In this document: positions 29,227 through 39,727 of the stretch, one piece after another | Layout: each line of letters opens with the position of its first letter | How positions within the stretch are numbered: the stretch's first letter is position 1 | IMG/VR virus record: IMGVR_UViG_3300029288_000001 | Coordinates: 128,001-192,000 of that record | DNA: 64,000 nt | DNA from: a virus | Lineage: Duplodnaviria > Caudoviricetes | Reading direction: 5' to 3' (one strand) | The notes under the pieces: generated by a model | The model's input: only the letters and a program-made list of their open reading frames with translations | The model's database searches: none | Told to the model about the DNA's origin: nothing | Translations under genes and position numbers: made by a program

Positions 29227-31548
29227 TTATGTTTTCTTTTGAAACGGAACTCTGTTTATCTGCTTGGCGATCTCGGCTAACGCTCGCGTAGCTTTATTGA
29301 TAGACTGCGTTTTATTAAAATCTATAATATTCTTAATTTCTCCTAATCCTCCCATTTCTTGAATCCTATCTCCCACTATCTGTTCTAATCGATCGTAGTT
29401 TATGATAATCGAATATGGATAATTAATATCGAAAGTGTGGGTTGTTTCGTCGTTGTCTACGAATATTTGTTGGATCTCCGTTTCCGTGATGAGCGGTCTT
29501 CCTTCTAATCCTTCTGGAACATCGTCTATGGTTCCTCTAAGTTCTTCGTCCATTATTTTGGCGGTATCTTTTAGATTGTCTGGCTCTAGCTCGTAGGTGT
29601 AATTCGCGTAATAAGTATTTTTATCCACGATCACATTATCTAACATTAGTTTTTCTCCCTCGTGTAATACATCTACATATTTAGCGATCGTATCAACTGG
29701 TATTTTAAGTTCTTTTATAATAAGTGCAAAAATGTTGTAACTTCCTTCTAGAAGTGACGAGGGATTCTGTAATAGATCTTTTTCGATGGTAATCCAATTC
29801 TCTATTAAATCTGCATCGTCAAATTCATTATCGACTATACTCTTGACATATGGCGTTAATAAATTCCATAGCGTAGCTAAGTCGTAATCTGCGAGAAATT
29901 TTATCCGACTTATCTGATCGTCGGTAAAAAACTTATGGTGCTCCATTTGTTGGACTTCCTTTTCGTTAAATGAACTTTCAATAAAATCTATGGTATGCTC
30001 GTCGGAGATAGGTTCGTAGAGCTTCTTATCGGGAGTAGATAAATTGTTATAATTAAACACGTAAGATGGGAAATAAATCTTGTATTGAAGAATGGAATCT
30101 ATGGCGGACTGAGAGAAGTGCATTCTATGGCGCATGGGCATATAGCTCGATTTCTGGACGAAATAGGGAGGAGGAGTCATAGGCGATTCCGTGGAAACCA
30201 CTTTCGCAATGTCGTTGAGCTTTTTAACTTCCGTTTCGTAGTATTCGTATTCTATTTCGCCTTTATTGAGGAGCTCGGTAAGATCCTCGATGCGCTTCTC
30301 TATGGCGGCTTCCGTGTAGAAATACTCGATCTGGTTGTGCCAGCACGGAAGGTCTCCACTTCGCGTCCAGTCGTATTGCGCGGGAAGGTCTTCTAAGGTT
30401 TTAAGGAGTTCCTCGGGCTTGTATTTCGTAAAGAGCGCGTGCCAGATGTCGTTTAAGGTAGTTATTGATACATTATCTAAATTTCCCGTTATTGCCTTTG
30501 CCTCGTCGCTTGGAGTAGCTATATTTATAATGCGCTTAACGATATATTCTCTCGTTTCTTTTGGAACATATTTCCATAGCTCCTGGAAGGTCATCGAGTT
30601 CGCGTGCTCCATGATTCTTGGCGCTAAATGAGCCATTTCTATTAGATTCTTTTTCTCGATCTTAATGGTCTGTTTGTTCGTGAAATCGGCTTCGGTGCAG
30701 TATCTATACTTCCCTGGTTCTACGAACGGATTATAATCTAACGGATCGCACTTCTTCTGGTTGAAGTCGTTATGGCTTGTTCCTACATAAAGATCGGAGT
30801 AATGTCGATTGGGATAGAGTTTATCGAGTTCTTTCCAATCGGTATTTTTGTTTAAATCATCTTGTATGAATGATATAACACTTTTATCGTCTATTTTATA
30901 TAAAGGTACTCGAACATTTAGTACCGATGGATCAACATTTGGTATTTTATCTAATATCTTTTGTTTTTTCTTGAAATCCATGTCGTCCCATAGTTTTCCA
31001 TAGTCGTGCGTCTCCGTGTATTCTATGTTTTCTTGGAATATTAACCTCTCCGCTTGTTCGATGTAATCGGCTTGTTTCTTGGGCTGCATGGGAGTATCGT
31101 TTATGATGTCGTAGTATTGGTTCTCGATTCCATACATTGCCAACGAACAATACCCGAACGGTTCTTTTTGTTTATCCTTGATATACCTCTCCGCGTCTGC
31201 GCCGTAGTCTAGAATAGTAGACTCTCGCACGGGCACTACGAACTTCTTTTTATCTATTTCCACTTCGGTAGGCGCAGTAGATCCTTCTTCTGGTTTCCTT
31301 GGAGACACATCGTGCTTGAACGCGGTTTCGTTAAGTATTCTCTGCCGGAGATCTTTTCTTTCCTCGGCGCTTAGCTCGGTCTTCATGTTCTTGTGGCACT
31401 CGTAGGCGAGATCGCGGCACGCTCTGGTGCGTTCGATGGATAACGATGGATCGTAGAGGCACTTCTTAATCAGATCGTAGGACGGTTGTTTATGGGCTCC
31501 CTCAAGCTCTAACTCTTCCGTTGATGGGGGTAATTCTTCTTCTACCAT
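29227..31548 (-). CDS. Large hypothetical protein, paralog of 53508-55571
   Basis: Shared blocks R[ED]STILD.G, KEPFG[YF]C.L..YG.E.Q, KCD.L..NP....GKY.YCTE and YMP.R.R...SQ. Confidence 0.85.
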   Translation of the reverse strand: MVEEELPPSTEELELEGAHKQPSYDLIKKCLYDPSLSIERTRACRDLAYECHKNMKTELSAEERKDLRQRILNETAFKHDVSPRKPEEGSTAPTEVEIDKKKFVVPVRESTILDYGADAERYIKDKQKEPFGYCSLAMYGIENQYYDIINDTPMQPKKQADYIEQAERLIFQENIEYTETHDYGKLWDDMDFKKKQKILDKIPNVDPSVLNVRVPLYKIDDKSVISFIQDDLNKNTDWKELDKLYPNRHYSDLYVGTSHNDFNQKKCDPLDYNPFVEPGKYRYCTEADFTNKQTIKIEKKNLIEMAHLAPRIMEHANSMTFQELWKYVPKETREYIVKRIINIATPSDEAKAITGNLDNVSITTLNDIWHALFTKYKPEELLKTLEDLPAQYDWTRSGDLPCWHNQIEYFYTEAAIEKRIEDLTELLNKGEIEYEYYETEVKKLNDIAKVVSTESPMTPPPYFVQKSSYMPMRHRMHFSQSAIDSILQYKIYFPSYVFNYNNLSTPDKKLYEPISDEHTIDFIESSFNEKEVQQMEHHKFFTDDQISRIKFLADYDLATLWNLLTPYVKSIVDNEFDDADLIENWITIEKDLLQNPSSLLEGSYNIFALIIKELKIPVDTIAKYVDVLHEGEKLMLDNVIVDKNTYYANYTYELEPDNLKDTAKIMDEELRGTIDDVPEGLEGRPLITETEIQQIFVDNDETTHTFDINYPYSIIINYDRLEQIVGDRIQEMGGLGEIKNIIDFNKTQSINKATRALAEIAKQINRVPFQKKT

Positions 31549-31550
31549 TT

Positions 31551-33012
31551 TTAGTTATCCTCTTTTAGTACTGATTTATGACATACTATATTAGCAACGG
31601 TATTTTTATCCCTTGAATGAGGGTTAATATCGCATTCGACATTCTCCTTAAAAACAATTAAAATATCTGGTGGTTCTATAGAACCAAATTCAATATGATC
31701 ATAAACTAAGCCTGATGTTTTGGGATAATTAATAATGGGTGGAATAGTAATGGTAGGTTTATAGGTTTCAATAATACAATTATAATAATTATCCTTAATC
31801 ATTTTACATTTAATTTTCCTAATATTTTTAATGTTTTTATATTCAACTTCTTCTTCGGTCATTTCTTTTCGTTCTCTGCCATATTACTTCTTACCTCATG
31901 AATCTCTGAAAGGTATCTACCTTTTCCTTTAACCCATCTCTCTCCTTCTGTAATTTATCGACCATTGCTTCTAACGATTCTTTTTCAATATTCTTTTCAT
32001 TCTTGTCTACGCATTCCATTTTATAATTATAACAACTAATTATTTTCTGATCGTCTATACGATTATCCACCTCGCACGAAAATACCACTTTACGTCCATA
32101 GGGAGTAACCATAAATTCGTTTTTATCCATTACGATGCTTGTTATAGAGCTTGAGGGAAAGTCTATCCACGCGATCTTATCAATATTGATTATAGGAGGT
32201 ATTGAAATAGTGGGTTTATCTATTTGAAACTCGCATTTAGCCCATTTATACTCCTTAGTTGGAGTCTGGCATTTAATCACGCCTATATTCTCTATAGTCT
32301 TTGTATCTACCACGGATCCCACTCCCTCAATTCGCATTTAACTTCGTTATTGTGGCACGTAACTCTAAAGCTTGGATCTCCCCACGCGTTGAATGAGTCC
32401 ACATTACACGAGAAGGTGGCTCCTTTCGCATCTAAATGAGGAGAGATGGTCACGGAGGCACCTTTCTTGTAAAAGAAGTCCACATTCGACGCGTCGGGGA
32501 AGGAAATCTTACTTACTTTACTTAACTCTACGATCGGAGGTATATTAATCGTAGACCGTTGAGTATATAACTTACACTTCGCAGGAACGTAATCCTTTAA
32601 CCCTTCGTTCGGAAACTCGCATTCTACTGCTGTAATATCGCGATAGATTTTCTCAGTCAGTTTTCTCTCCTTCTTGTTTTACTGGTTTTGGAATCCAACA
32701 ATCGAGTTTTTTCCCTAGCATTCCTTGTCCTACATTACATCTGAAGGTCTTGTTGTTGTATAATCTAAAACTAATATAAGCTTGACTGTGGAAGAACTGC
32801 GTGCTAATATCGCCGTCAACGATCACCTCTTGTAGGTCGTCTATTTCTATTATTGGAGGAGTAGAGATCGTAGGTTTCGCGTTCGCTAATTTACACGACG
32901 TGAAATGGCGCGTGAACCAATCGGTTTCCTTTTTTTCGTCGTTCTTACATTCTATTCCAGTAATATTATCGTAGAACACATTTTTGGGAGGTTCTATACT
33001 CTTCTCGGGCAC
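31551..33012 (-). CDS. Four tandem four-Cys family paralogs (31551-31862, 31891-32313, 32307-32660 with CTG start, 32653-33012)
   Basis: Shared TI.[IT]PPI[IV] motif and four conserved Cys; 32307-32660 is absent from the ORF track. Confidence 0.85.
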
Positions 33013-33283
33013 GAAGCGTCACCACGCATGTCTTTAATCACCTTTCGAAAGTCGATCTTACCACTCTGGTCTCGGTATTTCTCGATACTCTGGTCTCCCG
33101 TCTCTCGCACGGGGGTATCTTCGTGTTTTTCTTTTCTTTCCATGTAGTTTAGTATTGTTACCCGCTAATATAAACTATAAGTTAGAACGCGACAATCAAT
33201 TTTTAAGAACTATTTTTTTCATACCAATATTTATATATATTCTTAACTATTGGTATTATAACTACTTTAGAAAATAATTTATT

Positions 33284-33436
33284 ATGACATCATATAAAAA
33301 TGTAGTGCTCGGAGACGAGTGTGAGAAGATATTGAAAGATCTAAAAGAGAAGACCAATAAGAGCGTATCTAAGTTGGTCCGAGAAGCTATTATGGCAACC
33401 TATGGTCCTAAGAAAGAAGAGGTAGAAAAGAAATGA
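33284..33436 (+). CDS. CopG-like ribbon-helix-helix regulator
   Basis: MTSYKNVVLGDECEKILKDLKEKTNKSVSKLVREAI; ATGA overlap with the parB-like gene. Confidence 0.7.
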   Translation: MTSYKNVVLGDECEKILKDLKEKTNKSVSKLVREAIMATYGPKKEEVEKK

Positions 33437-34449
33437 AAGTAAGCGAGACGATCGTATATCGGAAAGTAAACGCGCTTAAGCCCGATCCAAACCAACCGCG
33501 TAAGAGCTTTGATGAAAAGGTTATTAATGATATGGCAGATTCCATGCAAAAGGGCGGCGTTATAGTTCCATTAGATATAGACAACAATGATATCATCGTA
33601 ATGGGAGAATATCGGTGGAGATCTGCAAAGAAGGCTGGGCTTATTAATGTACCCTGTAGAGTAATTACTGAGATCACGCCTATGGAACGATTAGAGCGTC
33701 AATTAGTAGAAAATATTCATCAACATCCTTTGAAAGACATAGAATTAGAGGATGCAATAAAAAGATTATGGATCAGTAATGAATATAAGTCGAAGGAAGA
33801 ACTCGCTAAGAGGATCGGATACAAGAGCTCAAGTACGGTCATACAATCCCTCGCTGCACAGGAAATACGAAGATCAGAGCCGACCCTTACAAAATCAGTT
33901 TCAACACAAACGGCGTATTCTATCAGTACCTTACCAAAGACCGATCAAAAGAAGGTGCTGGATAAGATGTCCAAGGGGGAAATAAAAACAAGCGAAGTTG
34001 GAAAAGTAGTCTCTACAATCAAAAAACTTCCCAAAGATGTAAAAATGAAAATATTAGCATCTAATAAACCTATCGACAAAAAAACACTAGAAACTGCTAA
34101 GAAAACTGCAGCGTTACCCCCAGAGGTAAAGAAGGAAATAATGAAGCCCAAATCCACTATTACCGTAGAGCAGGCGACTCAGATCGCGAACCTACCCAAG
34201 GAAACACAGCGAAAAGAAGCAGTTAAGACGATCAAGGAGGAAAAGAAGAAACAACCAATTGTGGTTAAGGAAATAAAAGAAGATCCTCAGCTCCAGCTCC
34301 ATGTTATAAAAATATACAACGACATCTACGATCGCGTGGTAATAAACTGCACGAAAAAGATGATCCACACCTACAACGAGCCCACAAGAAAACAAGTCAT
34401 GGAGATCGTTAAAAGAACTATAACTTTTCTAAACGATCAATTTCAATAA
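33433..34449 (+). CDS. parB: ParB/Spo0J-family protein
   Basis: PDPNQPRKSFD, GEYRWRSAKKAG, LVENIHQHPL and an HTH region. Confidence 0.85.
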   Translation: MKVSETIVYRKVNALKPDPNQPRKSFDEKVINDMADSMQKGGVIVPLDIDNNDIIVMGEYRWRSAKKAGLINVPCRVITEITPMERLERQLVENIHQHPLKDIELEDAIKRLWISNEYKSKEELAKRIGYKSSSTVIQSLAAQEIRRSEPTLTKSVSTQTAYSISTLPKTDQKKVLDKMSKGEIKTSEVGKVVSTIKKLPKDVKMKILASNKPIDKKTLETAKKTAALPPEVKKEIMKPKSTITVEQATQIANLPKETQRKEAVKTIKEEKKKQPIVVKEIKEDPQLQLHVIKIYNDIYDRVVINCTKKMIHTYNEPTRKQVMEIVKRTITFLNDQFQ

Positions 34450-34494
34450 AAAAAATAAGAAAGATTTAAATAGGTAAACGATAAAATAAAGCGT

Positions 34495-34896
34495 ATGGAA
34501 AAGAACGAGATTATAGAAGAGTTCCACCAAATTAAATACATAAAATGCACTCCATTAAAGGATCACCGCTACGAGTGTAGTCTAGATACGGACTACGCGG
34601 AAAATCCAAAACATAAGGTGATCGTAGACGATGTGCGCGTGATGGAAACGCTCTCGTGGTCGCTCTTAAGCGGTCTTTCTATAAAACATAAAGGACCTGT
34701 AATGAAGGTCGATAAAGTCCCTATGGACAATCCAGCTATACGGCAATTAGAAATCGGACACACGAGCGGTTCGCCAGAGCCAGAAATAAGCGCGACTTTC
34801 GCAGAGCCGCTTCATTGCGTGGTATACGACATAAACGGTCTCCATCTCAGTTGTAATGTGTCCGAGCGCGCCGACGAAGGGCTCCTACGGCTTTAG
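34495..34896 (+). CDS. Four-Cys family paralog
   Basis: QIKYIKC...YECSL...LHCVV...LSC. Confidence 0.65.
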   Translation: MEKNEIIEEFHQIKYIKCTPLKDHRYECSLDTDYAENPKHKVIVDDVRVMETLSWSLLSGLSIKHKGPVMKVDKVPMDNPAIRQLEIGHTSGSPEPEISATFAEPLHCVVYDINGLHLSCNVSERADEGLLRL

Positions 34897-36464
34897 TGTT
34901 GCAAGCCTTCCTCCTCTTCCCCTTCCCCTTTAACATATTTATCTAGTTTTTCGAGCCATTCTTCTTCTTTATTACTCCCAGCACAATCTAGATCCTTCGC
35001 ACGGTCCCATTGAGATTCAGCTAGACCTTTTCGCGTAGTACGAACCACGAACTCGTCGTTTGGCTCGATTACCACGATCTTCTTACCTTCTAAATTCTTT
35101 TGAATGTCAGTTCTCTTATTTCTTGCGTCGTATCTGTTAATTTGAATTACATCCTCGTTGTGGTCTTTTATATTCTCGTATTCTTTGATTAGTTTATTGT
35201 CTATAATAAACTCCTTTCCATAATCTCTCTTAAAATCTTCCATCGTGTAATTCTCGTCGAGCGTATCGATATAGTCTCCTGCATCGTTCCTCGTAGATTC
35301 GTAATAAAGATCATCTATTAAATTGTCAAAGTCTGTAGAATATTCTTCATTAAAAGCAACATAATTCTCCGCTATTTCAAGAAAATCCTTCTCTGTTATA
35401 AATAAAGGTATAATACTCTCAGTACCACAATAAATACCTCCTTCGTAGTCTTTTTCGTAGAAGTATACTTTCTTTCCCACATTGTCGCGTATTAAGTCTA
35501 TGAGATCTCTGGGTATATCTGGCACGGCTTTTTCGATCTTGTTTAATACCTTATCCCTATCGAAGTCTACGAGCTTTATTAAATACTCTAACTTGTTTTC
35601 ATCTTTCGATAAATCTTTTAGCGTCCCTGGGAATCTATGGAAATACTCTTGTATACCTCCTTTCTCTGTAGCCCACATCCTTGTGACCTCAGGGGACTTA
35701 CGCATAGATTCCTCTATCCTCTTAATAAAATAGCTTGATACGAGCCCTGGTGCCGCCTTGTTTATCAGTCCATACAATTGGTTCGTAAGCATTGGATCCA
35801 TAATCGATTCTGGGTCAAAATCGTTCTCGATATATCCTTCCATGCTTGAGTTAAACGACCAGAACGAGGTCCTCCTTGGGAAGAACTCCGTCATCTTTCC
35901 CTTTACGGATTCCGAGCTCTCAAATGCCTTGTGCATGAGATCGATTCTCTCTAGAGGAGACATAATCTGGTCGAGTTGTTGATCAAGCGACTTTGAAAAC
36001 TCTGCGGCGCTCTCTGAGGTAAGATTAAAACCTACATTTATGCACGCGTGTTTTCCGTAGGATTTTTTCTTGTCGGGACTAAGAATTTCGTAGTAGCCCA
36101 CATTACCAACATTATCTGGCTCTTTATTAACTACTACCCGTGCGACGAACTTGTCTTTATATGGATATTCTTTCTCTAACGGGAATTTAAGACACTCGTC
36201 CTCGATCTTTCTGGCAAGGAGACCTGTGGCAATGTTACCTACCGTGCCATAAATAGTAAGGGAATTATCTAGCGCTATAGGACATAATTTAACTTTCTCT
36301 TCCTTGGTAGCACCTTCTACGGCGTCCGCGCACGCTTTCGCTTTTAACCGTAGGTCCTTCTTAGAGAACTTCTCGTATTCTTGGTAAGAGACTTTCCACG
36401 GGTCTTTTCCAACGGAGATCTGGCACTGTTTAATCAGATCGTCTCGGTTCTTCTTGGTCTCTAT
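34893..36464 (-). CDS. Large hypothetical protein, paralog of 23881-25968; ATA start
   Basis: The frame is open 121 codons upstream of the GTG and is homologous to the paralog; GAGG lies 8 nt before ATA. Confidence 0.75.
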   Translation of the reverse strand: METKKNRDDLIKQCQISVGKDPWKVSYQEYEKFSKKDLRLKAKACADAVEGATKEEKVKLCPIALDNSLTIYGTVGNIATGLLARKIEDECLKFPLEKEYPYKDKFVARVVVNKEPDNVGNVGYYEILSPDKKKSYGKHACINVGFNLTSESAAEFSKSLDQQLDQIMSPLERIDLMHKAFESSESVKGKMTEFFPRRTSFWSFNSSMEGYIENDFDPESIMDPMLTNQLYGLINKAAPGLVSSYFIKRIEESMRKSPEVTRMWATEKGGIQEYFHRFPGTLKDLSKDENKLEYLIKLVDFDRDKVLNKIEKAVPDIPRDLIDLIRDNVGKKVYFYEKDYEGGIYCGTESIIPLFITEKDFLEIAENYVAFNEEYSTDFDNLIDDLYYESTRNDAGDYIDTLDENYTMEDFKRDYGKEFIIDNKLIKEYENIKDHNEDVIQINRYDARNKRTDIQKNLEGKKIVVIEPNDEFVVRTTRKGLAESQWDRAKDLDCAGSNKEEEWLEKLDKYVKGEGEEEEGLQH

Positions 36465-36585
36465 TTTCTTCGCCTCGCGATCTTTTTGGTTTATCTTCTC
36501 CCGCTGCCGTGTATAACACGCCAGGGAACGCCCGTTTCAAGCGTTCTTTCATTTCCTCGGGGGAAAGCTTTTCTTCGTAGCTCGT
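36430..36585 (-). CDS. Small protein, paralog of 25965-26111; probable ACG start
   Basis: AAGEDKPKRSRGE motif; SD GAGTGA. Confidence 0.55.
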   Translation of the reverse strand, partial: TSYEEKLSPEEMKERLKRAFPGVLYTAAGEDKPKRSRGEENRDQEEPRRSD

Positions 36586-36685
36586 ATAGATCACTCTTTA
36601 TATGGTATATACTACGCTTTATACTTTAATATACTTGATCCTAGGACATTTTTATATAGTTCTAAGGGTTAGTATTATTAATAAT

Positions 36686-38089
36686 ATGGACTTAAAGAAA
36701 TGCGATAGAACGCTCCAGCCGAGCCAGATTGGAACGCTACGCGCAATAGGAGAAGTAGCCTCAGAGCTAGGAGAAAGGTGCTATTTAGTGGGAGGAGCCG
36801 TAAGGGACTGTTTACTTGGAAAACCCAATAAAGACCTCGATATCGTGTGCTCGAACTCGGAACGCGTGGTTACGGAGCTCGCGTCTAGGTTAGAAAAACA
36901 AACGGGAAAGAAACCCACGGTTGCGACCTTCAAGAAGTTTGGCACGCACCAGATCAAAATGCTTGGAGAAGAGGTAGAGTTCGTAGACCCACGGAAGGAG
37001 ACCTACGCGTATCAGTCTATTAAACCAGAGGTATCGAAAGGAGACTTTACGGACGACGCGATGCGAAGGGATTTTACCGTAAACGCGTTATATCTTGGAA
37101 TACAGAAAGACGACTGGATGAAGGTCGTAGATTTAACGGGAAAAGGAATGGAAGACTTAAAAAGTAACTTACTTCGCACGCCGTTAGATCCTGAGGTGAC
37201 GTTCCGAGACGATCCTACGAGGCTATTAAGGTTATCTAGGTTTAACGCGTGTAAAGGGTTCGATATTGAACCTACTACGAAGGCAACTGCTAAGAAATCC
37301 TCTCCCGAGGTTAAACGCGTGCCGTTCGAAACGATCAAGCAGTTACTGGAAGACAGTATAACTTGTAACGGTTATGTGCGGTCGCTGGACGAGCTAGGGT
37401 TCTTGAAATTGATCGTTCCCGAGTTCGATCTCTTGAAAGGATTGAACCAAGGACCACACCACAGATACGACGCCGCAGAGCACACGCTTAAAGTTATAGA
37501 CGCTCTTCCAAAAGACTATAAGATGAGATTAGTAGGTCTATTACACGATCTCGGAAAATACGACGCGAATAAAGCGTTCTTTAACCTCCATGGACACGAG
37601 GAGTATTCTACCAATAAGGCTATTGAGATCGCCGACCGATTGAAACTCTCCAACGAAGACAAGAAGTATATAACGCACATGGTCCAGCACCACATGGACT
37701 TACTGCATTTAATGAACGAAGTTAAGCCAGAAATTAACAAGAAACCCAGCACGAAGGCTCTCCGCACTTTCATGAACAAGAACGAAGGTTACGAGAACGA
37801 TCTCATCGAGTTTGCCCACGCCGATATCGAAGCGACGGGCTATCCGAGACAAGACGATCATAGAAAGCTGGACATCATCCAGACGCTTATCCGCGACGAA
37901 AAAGCGAAGATGGGAGAGAAGCCGTTTAAGTTGCAGATCTCGGGAAAGGATGTAATGGACGCTCTTGGAATAAAAGAAGGTATGGAAGTCGGGAAGGCGC
38001 TTAGCGCGTTAAAGGATAAAGTGATCGAAGGGTCTATAGAGAATAAACGCGAGGATTTATTAAGATCGTTAAAAGATTTAAAGAAGTAA
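36686..38089 (+). CDS. cca: Class II CCA-adding tRNA nucleotidyltransferase with HD domain
   Basis: VGGAVRD..LG...DLDIV, RRDFTVNA, DDPTRLLR, flexible loop RKETY...P.V, and HD motif LLHDLGK. Confidence 0.9.
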   Translation: MDLKKCDRTLQPSQIGTLRAIGEVASELGERCYLVGGAVRDCLLGKPNKDLDIVCSNSERVVTELASRLEKQTGKKPTVATFKKFGTHQIKMLGEEVEFVDPRKETYAYQSIKPEVSKGDFTDDAMRRDFTVNALYLGIQKDDWMKVVDLTGKGMEDLKSNLLRTPLDPEVTFRDDPTRLLRLSRFNACKGFDIEPTTKATAKKSSPEVKRVPFETIKQLLEDSITCNGYVRSLDELGFLKLIVPEFDLLKGLNQGPHHRYDAAEHTLKVIDALPKDYKMRLVGLLHDLGKYDANKAFFNLHGHEEYSTNKAIEIADRLKLSNEDKKYITHMVQHHMDLLHLMNEVKPEINKKPSTKALRTFMNKNEGYENDLIEFAHADIEATGYPRQDDHRKLDIIQTLIRDEKAKMGEKPFKLQISGKDVMDALGIKEGMEVGKALSALKDKVIEGSIENKREDLLRSLKDLKK

Positions 38090-38093
38090 TATT

Positions 38094-38573
38094 ATGGACA
38101 AAGCTAAGATGATAATGTTTATCGGAGTTCCTGCAAGTGGCAAGTCCACGGAGCGAAAGAACTACCCAAAGGCAGAGGTAATCTCGCCAGATGACATACG
38201 GAAAGAAATATTCCACATTCAGTCCGACGAGAAGGTCGAGCCACAGGTCTGGTCTATAGTCATGGATAAAATGGAGAACTGTTTAAAGAAAAAGAAAGAG
38301 TGCCTCCTCGACGCTACGAACTTAAAAAGCGAATATCGCCAGCCGTTTATAGACCTCGCCAAGAAATACCACGCGGACACGGAAGCCGTGATCTTCGATA
38401 TTCCCTACGCGGAAGCGTTAAAGAGAGACGCCGCGCGACCCAAGGGAAAGGTCGTAGGAAAGGAAGTCCTAGAAAGGATGTATAGTAATTATAAGGAGTT
38501 TCTTAAAAACACCTCCATAAACGATCTAAGGAAGGAAGGGTTTAAGTCTATTAAAATAAAAACTACGGAATAG
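38094..38573 (+). CDS. Polynucleotide kinase-like P-loop protein (AAA_33)
   Basis: GVPASGKST, ISPDDIR, LLDATNL and R...R lid. Confidence 0.85.
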   Translation: MDKAKMIMFIGVPASGKSTERKNYPKAEVISPDDIRKEIFHIQSDEKVEPQVWSIVMDKMENCLKKKKECLLDATNLKSEYRQPFIDLAKKYHADTEAVIFDIPYAEALKRDAARPKGKVVGKEVLERMYSNYKEFLKNTSINDLRKEGFKSIKIKTTE

Positions 38574-39368
38574 GATATTGAAGAAATTATGCCAAAATTA
38601 ACGCCAGAAATGCGAGCTATGTTAAAGGAAACTAAAGAGAAAGAAAAGAAATACGAAGAAGAGCAAAGAAAGAAAATTCTAGCGCAGCGGGAAAAAGAAC
38701 ACCAAGAACGCATTGAAGCATACGAGCCACTAAACTTTAAGAAAGACGAGAAAGAGATCGACGAGTTATTGAACGCGTGTAGACTCCCTCCAACCCTCGC
38801 GCCCACGCGGAAGCTATCTTATAGTGCCCTTGATACACCAGATGTGTCGATCCATGTGGATGTTAAGGATAACGTAACTAAAGCCATAAATAATATGAAG
38901 AAACTATCCGATCAAATTTACATGTGCAACGAAGTAATAGAACTCGCTACTGGTCGCATGGACGATTTTATCCACTTATTCTCGCGGTATGTAAAGTCGC
39001 GGAATCAACAATATGTCCCAGACGACTATCCACGGTTCGATTGCAAGGAATTCTTCGATCGATACCCTACTGAGCTTACTAACGAAACTATGAAGACCCA
39101 ATGCAACGAATACGAAAAATACCTCTCGAAATTAAAGGAGGTGTTACCAGAGGCTCTTGGCTCTGCTACGAAGCATATGACTAAGCTCGTGGACGAAGAT
39201 AGAAAAGTAAGACCTGTCTCCTCTATGGATATAGATCGGGCAGACATGAATCGAGTATATACCGAAGCCACAAATCGGTGGAATAAAATAAAAAACGCGC
39301 CATATCATTACCTTGGAGTGCCTTAACCTTTAAATAACTATAAAATACTAGTAAGAATGTGATTAAAT

Positions 39369-39725
39369 ATGTTTAGTAAAACGAAAGTTGCCGAATACAA
39401 CAAGAATGTAATAGGCGTAAAATGTAAACGGTTTCAAGAGTTGAAAGAGTTTGAGTGCTTCGTAGAAACTATAGAGCGCGTTGGAGGAAAAGAGACTAAG
39501 ATTAAACACGAACTACCTACTCTTGTATCAATCATCTCTATAGACGATAATAACGCGGCAAAAGCTAAGGTTCGCGATAAGGATGGTGCGACTAAGCTAG
39601 AATACGATCTTAGTGGTAAGGATATGTCATGTAAAGTTCTTAGCTCGTCTTTTGAGAATAAGCTAGAGTGCGAGCCACAAGGTAAGCGGAAAATTATTCC
39701 CGTCACTTATAGTTTTAAGGAGTAA
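39369..39725 (+). CDS. Four-Cys family paralog
   Basis: KNVIGVKC...FECFV...VGGKE...MSCKV...KLEC. Confidence 0.65.
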   Translation: MFSKTKVAEYNKNVIGVKCKRFQELKEFECFVETIERVGGKETKIKHELPTLVSIISIDDNNAAKAKVRDKDGATKLEYDLSGKDMSCKVLSSSFENKLECEPQGKRKIIPVTYSFKE

Positions 39726-39727
39726 GC

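Noticed and set aside
25965-36585. Programmed frameshift joining the small and large ORFs
   Set aside because: The required shift differs between the two paralogous loci; an SD plus ATA start explains both.
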